Assembly: GCA_029762535.1 (NCBI GenBank)
Contig: JARVGK010000002.1
Location: 32,001 to 96,000 of the forward strand
DNA length: 64,000 bases
Reading direction: 5' to 3'
Origin: Thermoplasmatota archaeon
GTDB lineage: Archaea; Thermoplasmatota; Penumbrarchaeia; Penumbrarchaeales; Penumbrarchaeaceae
The translations under genes and the position numbers were made by a program. Numbering within the stretch: the first letter of the stretch is position 1; each line of letters starts with the position of its first letter. Shown piece by piece: positions 19,943-30,830 of the stretch. The notes below the pieces were generated by a model, which had not been told where the DNA came from, made no database searches, and saw only the letters and a program-made list of their open reading frames with translations.

Positions 19943-20713
19943 GATAGGTGAATGATCGTTACATATAATTAATTATCGTTACATTATTTTAACATTAAAG
20001 GATGACCAAGTGAAGCGTCTGCTGAAGGAGGATATTACCCCTGATCATAGACGACCCGGAATTTTCGGATCCCCCCTGGCAGGCCTTTTTAACATGGGGA
20101 TCCCTCCCCAAAGGGGATCTCCTTTGAGAGAGGGGATACCCCACTCCACTTGAGGTTCCCCCCTGCCTCATGGCAGGGGGATCCACCCCTCCCCCTCCAA
20201 GAGGGGGATCGATACAAAGAAAAAAATCTGGCGCCTTAGCTGGGACCGACAGGCTTTCTTCACCGGATCCTTCATGGGGATCCTCCGTTCACACGATCGG
20301 CCGGTCACATATATGATCGTCGTCTTTCCCTGGTCGGGGGCTCCTCAAGCCCCGCCACGGGTACAATCGTTTTCAAAATATATAAACGAATGATACGGTT
20401 CCAACAATGGATCGTACCCCCTAGGATCTGGAATTTACCCTCTCCTCGAAGGGGGATCTCCAGAATTATACCTTATCTACCATGGAATGGAGAATGATCA
20501 TCTCTGAAAGGGGATCCACCCACCTGGACGAATCCTCTTCTTCGATCCAGGGATCTCCCCCCTCGAGATGGAGGATCCTTGAGAAAAGACATCTCTTGAA
20601 GTTGGATTCGTCGTTCCTATTATTATCCTATCCTGCATTATCCCTGGTTCGTATCATTTTATGAAATGTTGTAATCCGATAAAGGAGAGGATCCTCTACG
20701 ATCGCCAGATATA

Positions 20714-21058
20714 CTATACATCTTCGATCTCCTCGAGCATCAGGCTCACGGTCTCTTCGAGCTCATCAAGCCTGGTCTCATACAGGTCCCACAGGACAAG
20801 ATAATCGATCCCGTGATATTTATGTGTAAGAATGTCCCTGAGCCCTATTATTTTCCTCCATTCGACATCCTTATGCTTTAAACGGAGGTCCTCGGATAAA
20901 TTGCGCGTGAACTCCCCTATGTTCTCGAAGGTCTTCACGACCGCCTTTTTCAATACTTCGTCCGAGATGAAATCCTCGTAATCTTTATGATCGAGCACCT
21001 CTTTGAGGAATTCGATCTCTTCGAGAATGGATCGAAGATAGAACTCGTCATGATGCAA
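20714..21058 (-). CDS. HEPN/DUF86 RNase toxin
   Basis: ENIGE...GLRDILTHKY. Confidence 0.85.
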   Translation of the reverse strand: MHHDEFYLRSILEEIEFLKEVLDHKDYEDFISDEVLKKAVVKTFENIGEFTRNLSEDLRLKHKDVEWRKIIGLRDILTHKYHGIDYLVLWDLYETRLDELEETVSLMLEEIEDV

Positions 21059-21332
21059 TCCATATCACCTGCTCGAGTATGGATTCCCTCAACCTTTTGT
21101 TCAGAGCTCCTGTTGTCACGAGATCCACCTTCTTATCGAACCTGTCAGAAAGGTAGAGATAGAGCCCCATGTAATTGTCGAAAGTGGTCTCGTTGAATTC
21201 AACGAGAATGTCCAGATCACTTTCGGGACGCTGGGATCCCTTCGAATAAGAACCGAAAAGGCCGATCTTTCGGACCTTGAACCGGTCCTTTATCAGGGGG
21301 AAGACCGCCTGCATCTCCTTCATAGCGTCCAT
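21048..21332 (-). CDS. MNT antitoxin
   Basis: GLFGSYSKG...SDLDILVEF. Confidence 0.85.
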   Translation of the reverse strand: MDAMKEMQAVFPLIKDRFKVRKIGLFGSYSKGSQRPESDLDILVEFNETTFDNYMGLYLYLSDRFDKKVDLVTTGALNKRLRESILEQVIWIAS

Positions 21333-21590
21333 GAACGGTCACCTGATTACGTTTTATAAATAATTAACCATAGAGCATAATGAGCCTCTATTCCCTTTCA
21401 TCCTACAAAGGGATCCCCCTTTTTATTGGGAATGAAAAGCATGGGGTGACCATATCACAAAATCCTGTTTGAAGACCCTCTAAAGCTCGTTCGAATGTCC
21501 CAGCTCGGGGGATCATTTCCCCTATAAAGAAAAACATCCTCTTCGATCCAGGGATCTCCCCCCTCGAGATGGAGGATCCTTGAGGAACTC

Positions 21591-22487
21591 TCAATACTTC
21601 CACTTCGCCTCGGAGGGATCGAAGGAGAAGCAATCCTTATCGTCGAACCAGGAGCATACCATATCGGACAGAGGGACCCCTGTCCTGAAGGACAGGCCCT
21701 GGGAATAAAGCAGCAACTGCCCTTCGGGATGTTCAGAAGCGGCCCCCGGCTTGAGGTCCATGATGTGGACCTTCCCGTTCCTGACCTGCAGGATGTCTAT
21801 ATGCCCGGTCACGGTCCCGATCCTCTTGTCGAAAAAATAGACGGGCACCTCGGTTGCCAATGTCGCCAGATCGTTGATCAGCATGAAGTTCTCGACGATC
21901 GGATGCCTTTCAGGTCCTGTCCTTGCCGCGGAGAAACAGAACTGGGCCACGCTGCATGCGAGGTTGCGTGTCCTTCGCACGGAGGCCTGGACCTCGATCG
22001 AGGGATCCGAACATCTGTTACCTTCTTCAAAGAGGTCCCGGTCCTGATACTCAAGGAGATAGCGCTTCAGTCCCTCCTCCTTCAAAGATCCCACCTTGTA
22101 CATGTTCAATGAGAACCTGTAACTCATACCCCTGTGAACGAAATCCCTCGTCCGGATCAGGGGATCGATATTACGGAGCTTCTCCCTGTGGCGGGCCATG
22201 GGGCAGATCCCGGAATAGTTCGCGACCCATCTCTGGATGGTGCTCCTCGAAGGATATGACCGATACCTACTTCTAAGGTCCCGGGCGATCTCGGCAGTGG
22301 TTGTACCCATCGTATGAGCGTTCAGCGCCTGTATGATGATGTGTTTCGGATAAGTCGAGGACGGTGATTCCACGAACCTCTTCTGGCACCTTCTGCACAT
22401 GAAAATGGGTTTCGAACCGCTCTTGGTTTTCCTGTATCCCTTGCTGATTATCTGCTCGGAGCCGCAGTAAGGACATTGGTCCGTCAT
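21591..22487 (-). CDS. InsA-like Zn ribbon + HTH + PD-(D/E)xK nuclease
   Basis: CPYC...CRRC, HTH, TEVPV...GHIDIL...IMDLK...QLLLY; start MTDQC after AGGAG. Confidence 0.65.
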   Translation of the reverse strand: MTDQCPYCGSEQIISKGYRKTKSGSKPIFMCRRCQKRFVESPSSTYPKHIIIQALNAHTMGTTTAEIARDLRSRYRSYPSRSTIQRWVANYSGICPMARHREKLRNIDPLIRTRDFVHRGMSYRFSLNMYKVGSLKEEGLKRYLLEYQDRDLFEEGNRCSDPSIEVQASVRRTRNLACSVAQFCFSAARTGPERHPIVENFMLINDLATLATEVPVYFFDKRIGTVTGHIDILQVRNGKVHIMDLKPGAASEHPEGQLLLYSQGLSFRTGVPLSDMVCSWFDDKDCFSFDPSEAKWKY

Positions 22488-22646
22488 ATCTTTCTCCTGA
22501 GGTTCAAGAGAGTGGACTCCACATAATATTTTGCTTCGATTTATCAAGAATTGAGAATCCTGTATCCTCACCACTTCATTCCTTTCGCGATATCTGATGA
22601 TCTTATCGTATGGAGCGGACAATAAGGGGAGATGAGATCCCATTAT

Positions 22647-23354
22647 CTAGCTCATCGCTTCGATTCTCATATCGCTTGGCATGAGCTCTATCGCATATCT
22701 CAGGGCGGTCCTGGGCATTCTCCGTTTATTCCTCAATACGAACTCGAAGACCTCTTTCCTATGTTGTTTGCTCGATTCCTTGAGCATCCAACCGTATCCC
22801 TTCTGGACCATGTCGTCTTCGTCCTCCAACAACATCAGAGCGATCTCGAATATATCCTCAAGATACTCCCCCCTTCGAGCAGGTGATATCAAGGAGACCG
22901 CCGACGCTCTTCTCATCCACCTGTTCTTAGAACCTGTCCATCTCTTCAACTCCTGAACGGCATCCGGGTATAGACCGATAAAGTCCCCCACGGAATGAGT
23001 GCAGAAGGTGTCCACCTTCGCCCAGGTGTTCAGATGATCGTCTATCCATCTCCTGAACCGAAAAAGATCCTCCCGCTCGAATTGCTTCTTCAGCTTCGGG
23101 ATCCAGTCGCAGACGATGAAGGCCTCCTCGGAATAATCCGAAGAAAGAAGATCCTCGCACATCTCGAAGATCCGCTCCTTTCCAAGGGGTTTCACCTCCT
23201 TCCAGTACTCTTTTGCGATCCTGTTGGTCTCGGCATTCCTCAAACCGTAGTAGAGGACACTTTCTTTAAAGAAACGCTCATTCTTCTCCTTCACGACGGG
23301 ATCCGCCCTCGCTTTGAGGTCGTTCCTTATCCTATCGATGACACCACGCATCAT
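22647..23354 (-). CDS. DNA alkylation repair protein (AlkD family)
   Basis: NTWAKVD, NRWMRRAS, DMVQKGYGWMLKE, RTALRYAIE. Confidence 0.85.
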   Translation of the reverse strand: MMRGVIDRIRNDLKARADPVVKEKNERFFKESVLYYGLRNAETNRIAKEYWKEVKPLGKERIFEMCEDLLSSDYSEEAFIVCDWIPKLKKQFEREDLFRFRRWIDDHLNTWAKVDTFCTHSVGDFIGLYPDAVQELKRWTGSKNRWMRRASAVSLISPARRGEYLEDIFEIALMLLEDEDDMVQKGYGWMLKESSKQHRKEVFEFVLRNKRRMPRTALRYAIELMPSDMRIEAMS

Positions 23355-24124
23355 CCCTCAGGCCTCAATGTCCCCGCGAACACCTGCCATGCTAGCAGGG
23401 ATTTGGCCACAAGAGAAAGCCCTATGTAGACCCACTCCCCGAAAAGATAATTCCTCCACTTCCAGACCTTCTTGTACTGCAGGACCATGTTCAACGCGAA
23501 TATGTTGAAGAAGGCCGCTATCGAGATGTAGATGTAGTAAACGAAGGTGGGAGGTCCACCATCTCCCCCCCCGGCCCCCAGTAAATGGATCGCTATGACC
23601 ACCCACGGGATCAGCCCCGCGATGCATCCGAAGACGAACGGGGACCAGTCCAGCTTCTCGGCAAGCTGATTCATCTTCTCCATGATCAGACCGAAGAGTA
23701 TCATCATCATGTTCAAAAAGAAGATCGCGATAAGAGTGCCGATATCGTAGATCCCGGTGAGCAACGCTATTCCCACGATCATCACCGAGGCGCTTACAGA
23801 ATACTCGTACCACCTGTATTTGTTGATACCTTTTTCCAGATTGGCGATATACCTCTTGAACAGGACGGAGGCTATCAAGAAATGGGCAATTGAGGACATA
23901 AGAAGGAACGATGCGATGAGAGGCCCCAGAGGGATCTCGATGACGTCCGCCGTAGCCGGGAAGAGCGTCCGAGTGACCTCGTTGAAATCCAGAAAACCCC
24001 TCGTTATCTGTATGTTGAAATCCTTCGAAAGAAGTAGCATTAGGATCCCCTGAATAAGGTGAAGGGATCCCGCTGCGATGTTGACGATCCTTAATCTTTT
24101 TACGGTTTTTTCCTTTAATGACAT
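23351..24124 (-). CDS. heR: Heliorhodopsin
   Basis: HLIQG, NKYRWYEYSVSAS, GEWVYIGLSLVAKSLLAW (retinal Lys in SLVAK); start MSLKEK after GGTGAGGT. Confidence 0.9.
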   Translation of the reverse strand: MSLKEKTVKRLRIVNIAAGSLHLIQGILMLLLSKDFNIQITRGFLDFNEVTRTLFPATADVIEIPLGPLIASFLLMSSIAHFLIASVLFKRYIANLEKGINKYRWYEYSVSASVMIVGIALLTGIYDIGTLIAIFFLNMMMILFGLIMEKMNQLAEKLDWSPFVFGCIAGLIPWVVIAIHLLGAGGGDGGPPTFVYYIYISIAAFFNIFALNMVLQYKKVWKWRNYLFGEWVYIGLSLVAKSLLAWQVFAGTLRPEG

Positions 24125-24397
24125 CGACCTCACCCGGGATGTAATATGAATAAGGCATATATCACATCTTTGCATGAAGAAACAGGGAATCCTATCCCTG
24201 CATTGAGCATCCCCCTTGGAACGGATACGTGAACTTCAGGAATGGTCTCCGTATGCCTGTCTATCCTATCGGGTCGTGGCAGTTCTCCCATCCAACTATC
24301 ATCTTCGAACCTTTCAAGACAGCGTAGGTTCAAATGGGATCGTATCCCTGAAATTCAATTGCAGGGTGAACGCTTATCATACCTGAAGATCTTACGT

Positions 24398-27097
24398 TCA
24401 TTTGAATATCTTCGATCTGTTGAGAATTTCTTTTTCGATCTCGACCAGAAGGAATATCTCCGATCCGCAAAGGGCTATGATCCCCCAAGTGGCCATATCC
24501 AGACCCTGCGTCATGAAGATCCCCTGCATGGGCGGGGCATAGGTAAAAAGAAGCTGCAGGACAACTACAAAAGCCACCGCGCCCCACGTATAGGGGGTCG
24601 CTTTCAATCCTTTTATAGAAATGGAGGACCCTTTACTTCGGGCGTTGAAAAGGAACGCTAATTCGCCCATCACCAGCGCGTTCACCGCTGCGGTCCGGGC
24701 CAGCTCCGAACTCGCGCCATTGGACTTCATCCACATGAAAACGGCGAGGGTGACGCCCATGAGAAGCAAGGAGACGTAAATTATCTTGATCAACATGGGT
24801 ATTGTTATCAGCGGTTCATCGGACCTTCGGGGCGGACGCTTCATCGTGTTCTTCTCCATCGGTTCCATGGAGAGGGTCAGACCGAGGCTGACCGCCGTCA
24901 CCATGTTCACCCATAGGACCTGGGCAGCTGTCATCGGTAAAACCAATCCGAGAAAAATTGATGCGATTATCACCATCCCCTCTCCTCCATTGGTTGGCAA
25001 AATGAACAGAAGTGCCTTCTTGAGGTTGTCATAGACCGTTCTGCCCTCCTCGACCGCGTGGACTATCGAGGCGAAATTATCGTCGGCGATCACCATCTCG
25101 GAGGCCTCCTTGGCGGCCTCCGTGCCTTTGATGCCCATGGCTATCCCAATATTGGACCTCTTCAAAGCGGGGGCATCGTTCACTCCGTCCCCTGTCATCG
25201 CGGTGATCTCGCCCTGCTTCTGCAGGGCTTCTACCAGCTTGAGCTTGTGCTCCGGACTCACCCTGGCGAAGATATCGATGCTCTGGGCCTTTTCAGCGAT
25301 ATTTTCATCTGTGAGCTCATCCCCGGTGATGGCTTCGCCTTCGATCCCCAGCTGCTTTCCTATAGCTTTTGCGGTGAGAAGATGGTCCCCGGTGATCATC
25401 TTCACACGGATCCCGGCCTCACGGCATTCCCGGATCGCTTCGATCGCCTCCTGGCGCGGGGGATCGAGCATTCCGAAGATGCCGATAAAGCACAGGTTAG
25501 AAATGTTATCGTGGGATAGTTTTCGATCCGCCGGCCATTCCCTCCAGGCCGATCCCAGAAGCCTGCGCCCATCGGATGCCATCCTCTCGGCGCGGGATTC
25601 CCAGTAATCGCGATCGAGTGGCTCCTCCTCACCATGGAGCTGGTGTTCGCTCATGTCGAGGAGGCTTTCGTAGGCTCCCTTGAGGTATAGTATCCTCTTT
25701 CCATCGATATCGTGAAGGGTTGCCATGTACTTGTGCTCACTCTCGAAAGGGATCACATCCAGACGTTCATAGGGAGGCCGTTCTATGCCTGCTTTGGCCG
25801 CAAGGGTTAGAAGGGCGCCTTCGGTCGGGGATCCCTCTATGGAAAAAACACCATCCTTATTGACCAGGCGGGAGTCGTTGCAGAGTATCCCCCCAAGTAT
25901 CATTCTATCCATTGATAGCGGTCTTTTTCCTTCGATCGATATCCTGCCATCGGGATCATAACCCGTCCCTTCAACGTTGAACACACCCTCAGCAACGGCC
26001 ACCTGCGTGACGGTCATCTCCCCTCTGGTGAGGGTCCCGGTCTTGTCTGAACAGATTACCGTGACGGATCCCAGGGTTTCAACTCCGGGAAGCCTTCGCA
26101 CTATGGTGTTGCGCCTGGCCATTCTCTGTACACCGATCGCCAAAGTTATGGTGATGATGGCCGGAAGTCCCTCAGGGATCGCCGCCACTGAAAGGCCAAT
26201 GATCGCCATTAGCAGATCGGAAAGGGGCATATTCCTGACGAGATGACCGATCGCAAAGGTCAAAGCGGCTATAATTAGGATGATCACGCTCAGTACCTTT
26301 GCGAACCGGTCCACCTTTATGATCAGGGGGGTCTTCAATGATCTGACATCCCCCAGCATTCGGTTGATCTTCCCTATCTCGGTCCTCATTCCCGTGGCGG
26401 TGACAACTCCCAGACCCCTCCCGGAGGTCACAAGGGTCCCGGAGAAGGCCATGTTCTTCCTGTCCCCGAGCATAATGTTTTTCTTTTGGGTTTTCGTTGT
26501 TTTATTTACTGGCTCCGACTCGCCGGTCAGCGAGGATTCGTCCACGTTCAGCTCATGGACCTCGATGAGCCTTAAATCCGCGGGTATTTTGTCCCCCGAT
26601 CTGAGGTGGACCCGATCCCCGGGGACGAGCTCGGAGGCATCGATCTGACGTTTTGTACCATCTCTCAAGACGATGGCGTGGACCGATAGCATATTCCGTA
26701 CAGAATCAAGGGCCCTCTCCGCCTTCCCTTCCTGAACGAACCCTATGGTCCCGTTAATGATCACCACCGCGAATATGATGCCTGAATCCAAATAATGGCC
26801 CAGCACCGCTGTGATCATCCCGGATATCATAAGGACGTATATGAAAACGTTATTGAACTGCTCCAGAAAGCGCCGGATGGGATGTTTTCCCTTTATCCCG
26901 GGTAGGACGTTCTTTCCGTATTCCCTGGATCTTTTTTCTACATTCGAATCCGTTAGACCCTCCTCGGGAGACCGGAGCCCTCTTGAGGTTTCCTCAACGG
27001 TCCTGTCATGCCAGGATGGGTTTTCTTCTATCATGGGGTTCACTTTTTTGAGTTTCAGGGATCGATCTCCGGGCCTTGCAAGGACTTTCGCTGCCAC
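24398..27097 (-). CDS. Cation-transporting P-type ATPase (type IIA-like)
   Basis: TGES, IPEGL, DKTGT, KGA, TGD, GDGVND; true start may be MIEENP. Confidence 0.95.
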   Translation of the reverse strand: MAAKVLARPGDRSLKLKKVNPMIEENPSWHDRTVEETSRGLRSPEEGLTDSNVEKRSREYGKNVLPGIKGKHPIRRFLEQFNNVFIYVLMISGMITAVLGHYLDSGIIFAVVIINGTIGFVQEGKAERALDSVRNMLSVHAIVLRDGTKRQIDASELVPGDRVHLRSGDKIPADLRLIEVHELNVDESSLTGESEPVNKTTKTQKKNIMLGDRKNMAFSGTLVTSGRGLGVVTATGMRTEIGKINRMLGDVRSLKTPLIIKVDRFAKVLSVIILIIAALTFAIGHLVRNMPLSDLLMAIIGLSVAAIPEGLPAIITITLAIGVQRMARRNTIVRRLPGVETLGSVTVICSDKTGTLTRGEMTVTQVAVAEGVFNVEGTGYDPDGRISIEGKRPLSMDRMILGGILCNDSRLVNKDGVFSIEGSPTEGALLTLAAKAGIERPPYERLDVIPFESEHKYMATLHDIDGKRILYLKGAYESLLDMSEHQLHGEEEPLDRDYWESRAERMASDGRRLLGSAWREWPADRKLSHDNISNLCFIGIFGMLDPPRQEAIEAIRECREAGIRVKMITGDHLLTAKAIGKQLGIEGEAITGDELTDENIAEKAQSIDIFARVSPEHKLKLVEALQKQGEITAMTGDGVNDAPALKRSNIGIAMGIKGTEAAKEASEMVIADDNFASIVHAVEEGRTVYDNLKKALLFILPTNGGEGMVIIASIFLGLVLPMTAAQVLWVNMVTAVSLGLTLSMEPMEKNTMKRPPRRSDEPLITIPMLIKIIYVSLLLMGVTLAVFMWMKSNGASSELARTAAVNALVMGELAFLFNARSKGSSISIKGLKATPYTWGAVAFVVVLQLLFTYAPPMQGIFMTQGLDMATWGIIALCGSEIFLLVEIEKEILNRSKIFK

Positions 27098-27136
27098 GAT
27101 TTCAACCTGGTATCGGTTCCTATCTATTGCTTTTGG

Positions 27137-28174
27137 TTACTTATTCTCCGTTATGGGCCCACAAACCTTCTTTTTTATCCTGTACACGAGCATGGTCAGA
27201 TAGGGGGAGGGGGTCTTTTTCCCCCCGATTTCCCAGTGATCCCAAGCCTTCCAAACTGATTCAGGAGTGAACCTTCCCACATCGTCAGCTTTTCCGGTGA
27301 TCACTTTGACCATATCATGGAACCTGGGATCCTTGAGGGCATGATCGTTTAGGGACAGCACATGGGCCACATGGAGTATGTCATACCAGATAAACGGAGC
27401 TTTCAGTTTCCGAAAATCCGTGCCCATGTAGAATATGTACGGATGCCTGGTCCTGCTGTTCTCCCACAGGTCCAGCAATGCGGATGCAGAGGCCTTGGCA
27501 TGATTCGAATCGCGGTATTCTGGATACAGCTCCATTAATTTCAGCATGATCAAGGTGGCATAGGGACATGGATCCTCCTTTTTACCCGGCCCCCTGAATC
27601 TTCCCAGCTCCTTTGAAACCACACAAGGATACCCATTCTCCCTGGATAACATGACCAGAAAATCGACGGCTTTTTCAACACGCTCATCCGACCGCAATCC
27701 CATCTTCGCAAGGCTGTAAACTATGGTAGGCGCATCACACAAGGCCCAGGCTTGGACATCTCTATTCGAACCTCCGTGATGAGATGAGATCCTCATTGGA
27801 AGTTGGATTGGGCCCTCCTCGGATACATGCTGGAATATCCTATCGATGATAGATTGTACACCAGTATCATCATGTTTTATCCCAAGATCAGCCAGGAACG
27901 AGAGCTTGTGGTAGGATTGTCCCGCGCTCTTGTGGGAGTTTAGGACCGCTCCCGGCCAGTTCCCCAGGTCCTTTATCAGGGATCTGATATCGGGATGGCT
28001 CGTCATTCGATCCCTGGCCGAGAGGACCGCCTTTGAGTCTTGAGGTTCCTCAAGGAGATCGATCCGCGTTCTGTATTCTATCCAGGGATCGCTGTTCAAA
28101 AGCCAATCCATTACATTCTCGTTATCCGTTTCCATCGCGATCATCTCACTCCCAGAAATCCGAACCGATCTCAA
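27137..28174 (-). CDS. Conserved hypothetical, alpha/alpha-toroid (prenyltransferase-like)
   Basis: WLL..DP.IEYRT..DLL, PFIWYDILHV, K.SP.LT motifs. Confidence 0.5.
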   Translation of the reverse strand: MRSVRISGSEMIAMETDNENVMDWLLNSDPWIEYRTRIDLLEEPQDSKAVLSARDRMTSHPDIRSLIKDLGNWPGAVLNSHKSAGQSYHKLSFLADLGIKHDDTGVQSIIDRIFQHVSEEGPIQLPMRISSHHGGSNRDVQAWALCDAPTIVYSLAKMGLRSDERVEKAVDFLVMLSRENGYPCVVSKELGRFRGPGKKEDPCPYATLIMLKLMELYPEYRDSNHAKASASALLDLWENSRTRHPYIFYMGTDFRKLKAPFIWYDILHVAHVLSLNDHALKDPRFHDMVKVITGKADDVGRFTPESVWKAWDHWEIGGKKTPSPYLTMLVYRIKKKVCGPITENK

Positions 28175-28559
28175 TCAGGTTCCCCTCCGGATCCGCGATC
28201 ATTGCGGATCGCATCTTCCATGGTTCGTTGCGTGGAGGATATATGGGCCTTGCTCCCGCTTTGACCATTCTCTCGAAGGCCTCATCGACTTTTTCTGGAT
28301 CTCCCACATTGATCGCAAGTTCGAAGGACCCGTTCAAGCCCATGGGAAAGGAGGGTTGAGTTCCAAGGAGATCGGGGAGCTTCGAGCGTTCATACATCGC
28401 GAACCTGATCCCCTCATGTTTGAACTCCGCATATGGACCTTTTCCATCCCAGTCAATGTCGATATCCATCACGTTCCTGTAAAAATCCACCATTCTCAGG
28501 AGATCCTCCACGAACAATCCTATCATATCGAATCTACTACCCATTGCACAACTCTCCAT
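28146..28559 (-). CDS. VOC/glyoxalase family
   Basis: MVDFYRNV...EPWKMRSAMIADPEGNLIEI. Confidence 0.85.
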   Translation of the reverse strand: MESCAMGSRFDMIGLFVEDLLRMVDFYRNVMDIDIDWDGKGPYAEFKHEGIRFAMYERSKLPDLLGTQPSFPMGLNGSFELAINVGDPEKVDEAFERMVKAGARPIYPPRNEPWKMRSAMIADPEGNLIEIGSDFWE

Positions 28560-29146
28560 TATGTCAATACAGTGAAATTCGCCGTATAGGTCCTCCCCTT
28601 CCCGAAGAACTCCTTCAGGGAGAATCCTTCGGGTTCGAACAGGAGTTTCACATCCTCCAAGGCCATGGAGTCGGGATCCCCTCTTTGCTCCGAGATTGAG
28701 ACGATCCCTCCCGGTCGAAGAATTCTTTTCATCTCCCTGACATAAAGGTGTTTTTTATCGATCTCACCCAGAACGGTGACGAGGTAGATTACGTCGAACA
28801 TATCATCCTCATAGGGCAGTTCCGATCCGGAACATACCCTCACATCGACGTTCTCAATATGCTTGAGACGTTTTCTGGCCTTTTCTATCATCTCGGGCTG
28901 AACGTCAGTGAGGTAGAGTTTACCCTTGGGGATCCTCCTTGCAATATGAGGGCTGAAATACCCCGGCCCACAGCCGATCTCCAACACTATTGAATCCTCC
29001 CTGAGACCGAGGCGTTTTGCCAATTTACCCGGGGAGATATAGAGATCCCGAAAAGGAAGGAGGAGGGCCCATGCGAACCCGGGAGGATACAAACCCTTCC
29101 CTCTCAGGCTGCGTTTATCCGACATTTTATACCTCAAGGGGTTCAA
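28559..29146 (-). CDS. Class I SAM methyltransferase
   Basis: VLEIGCGPG, LPYEDDMFD, RILRPGG. Confidence 0.85.
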   Translation of the reverse strand: MNPLRYKMSDKRSLRGKGLYPPGFAWALLLPFRDLYISPGKLAKRLGLREDSIVLEIGCGPGYFSPHIARRIPKGKLYLTDVQPEMIEKARKRLKHIENVDVRVCSGSELPYEDDMFDVIYLVTVLGEIDKKHLYVREMKRILRPGGIVSISEQRGDPDSMALEDVKLLFEPEGFSLKEFFGKGRTYTANFTVLT

Positions 29147-29189
29147 CTATTTGGATCTGGTCTGCGCGAAGTCCTGCATCTCTTATTGA

Positions 29190-29642
29190 TCACCAAATGC
29201 TTCCACAGTATATGCATTCGTTTCTATGGACGCAGAGGATCGAGCCGCAATTATCACACTTCCATCTGGTCCTTTCCTTTATCACGAACGAGGATATGCC
29301 CTCCTCCTTGATGGTCATGAGATTCTCCACCATACTCATGCGATACTTCGTCCTGTATCGCTTGTCGAGGGCCTTCAACCTCCGGCAAGGGAAACTGTCA
29401 CAGCTGTAGCAGAATGTGCCGTTCTCATCCGTTTTAAGATCCTCACAGTTCCTTATCGAGCATACGACGCAGTGATGCGGCTTGTCCTTATCATCGCCCA
29501 GACACCCGGAGCAGGGTTTCCTTTTCCGTATATGGCCTATGCACAAGGCGCAATCCATCCCGCAGGGGGCGATCATCTCCGAGGAGATAGGATATGTTCT
29601 ATGAGAGATCACGCTTTTCACCACGTATTCCCTATCGATCAA
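29190..29642 (-). CDS. DUF3795 Cys-rich protein
   Basis: APCGMDCALC...CSGC...C..C..FPC. Confidence 0.75.
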   Translation of the reverse strand: MIDREYVVKSVISHRTYPISSEMIAPCGMDCALCIGHIRKRKPCSGCLGDDKDKPHHCVVCSIRNCEDLKTDENGTFCYSCDSFPCRRLKALDKRYRTKYRMSMVENLMTIKEEGISSFVIKERTRWKCDNCGSILCVHRNECIYCGSIW

Positions 29643-30034
29643 CTTTTCGAATTCTCCTCGACACGAAACCTGACGATCCGTTTTATGAGATCCTCGGGAA
29701 GGGGCTCATCCAGAGGGAACTGGACCGCGCCCTTTGACGTCTTGTACATCCTCATCTCTTCCTTGAATTCTTTCATAGCACCTGGAGTTGGATAGAATCC
29801 AATATGACCCTCGTACCCTGCGAAATGGACCAGGTTACCGTTCAGTGTAAAAGTGGGAATGCCGTATGCGAGTTTCTCAGCGGCTTCTGGAGCTTCAGAA
29901 ATGATGAATTTGCGGATCTCTTCAAGTTTCTCACGGGCCGGTCCCGAAAAAGAAGCGATGTACTCATCGATGTTCTTGGGCGAGACCTTTTTTGTATTCA
30001 TCAGAACACCATCACTAATTGAGGGATGAGACAT
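29639..30034 (-). CDS. DUF1801/YdhG-like protein
   Basis: IDEYI, YGIPTF, HIGFYP, KGAVQFP. Confidence 0.8.
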   Translation of the reverse strand: MSHPSISDGVLMNTKKVSPKNIDEYIASFSGPAREKLEEIRKFIISEAPEAAEKLAYGIPTFTLNGNLVHFAGYEGHIGFYPTPGAMKEFKEEMRMYKTSKGAVQFPLDEPLPEDLIKRIVRFRVEENSKS

Positions 30035-30341
30035 ATCCCACGGATCTCTGGAAGATCCATTCGTCCTTCACATAATCCGGGGATCTCTCTCTTGTGATCT
30101 GTATCCACTCCCTCATTCTTTTTCTCCCAAGCGGCTGGAAATCTGTGATGCCCTCCTTTCCCACAAGGTCCAATGCCATCTTCTCCGGGACCTTTATTCC
30201 TATCCCGTTCTCGTAGAGGCAGGCGAACATCTTTCCTTTGATGTAATATGCCGGATACCCGAACATCTTGCCAGGGGAGACCCCGGGGATCGAAAGGAGT
30301 ATGGTGTCGATCACTTCCTTGTGTTCCTCATTGAATTTCAT
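30015..30341 (-). CDS. TfoX N-terminal-like protein
   Basis: GKMFGYPAYYIKGKMFA...MREWI. Confidence 0.65.
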   Translation of the reverse strand: MKFNEEHKEVIDTILLSIPGVSPGKMFGYPAYYIKGKMFACLYENGIGIKVPEKMALDLVGKEGITDFQPLGRKRMREWIQITRERSPDYVKDEWIFQRSVGYVSSLN

Positions 30342-30344
30342 ATT

Positions 30345-30830
30345 TCACCCCCGATTGACGATCCCGTTCATCTCGAGTATACTTATCCTTCCCATGAGCG
30401 TCCCTTCCGGGAGCGTTGGGTCATAGGTCCTATGAGCGATCCCTTGGTGCTCCCTCAATCTCCTCAATCCTTCCTTTATCTCATCTTGGTCGAAAAGGAA
30501 ATCCACCCTCCCCTTGAACTGGACCAGTCTGAAGGCGTGGTCGCAGGCATCGGGGACGAACCCAAGATCCTCGTGCACCTGCCCGTGAACGATCTGGTTC
30601 TTTTTGAGGATCCCCACCTTCCTTCCTTTATCAGAGGTATGAAAATATAGACAGCGTTCTTCCTCATCCAGTCCGAAGTCAAGGGTTGCCAGATAAGGTT
30701 CTCCCCCGCTGCACATGGCTATCGTGAGTAGCTTCTGGGAGCGGAGTATGTCAAACATCTCCTCCTCAGAGGCGATCTTCTTCTCCATCGTACGGCTTTT
30801 CATGCACTCCATGGTCACTATATGGCCCAA
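30345..30830 (-). CDS. Pyridoxamine 5'-phosphate oxidase-like (NimA) flavin-binding protein
   Basis: EPY...LYFH...GRK...N. Confidence 0.75.
   Translation of the reverse strand: MGHIVTMECMKSRTMEKKIASEEEMFDILRSQKLLTIAMCSGGEPYLATLDFGLDEEERCLYFHTSDKGRKVGILKKNQIVHGQVHEDLGFVPDACDHAFRLVQFKGRVDFLFDQDEIKEGLRRLREHQGIAHRTYDPTLPEGTLMGRISILEMNGIVNRG

Larger units (their letters stand above)
20539..21584. repeat. Identical 45-bp direct repeats (20539-20583, 21540-21584) flanking an MNT-HEPN pair
   Basis: tcttcgatccagggatctcccccctcgagatggaggatccttgag twice. Confidence 0.9.

Noticed and set aside
21591-22487. Intact IS1/IS6 element
   Set aside because: No DDE domain, terminal IRs or TSD seen
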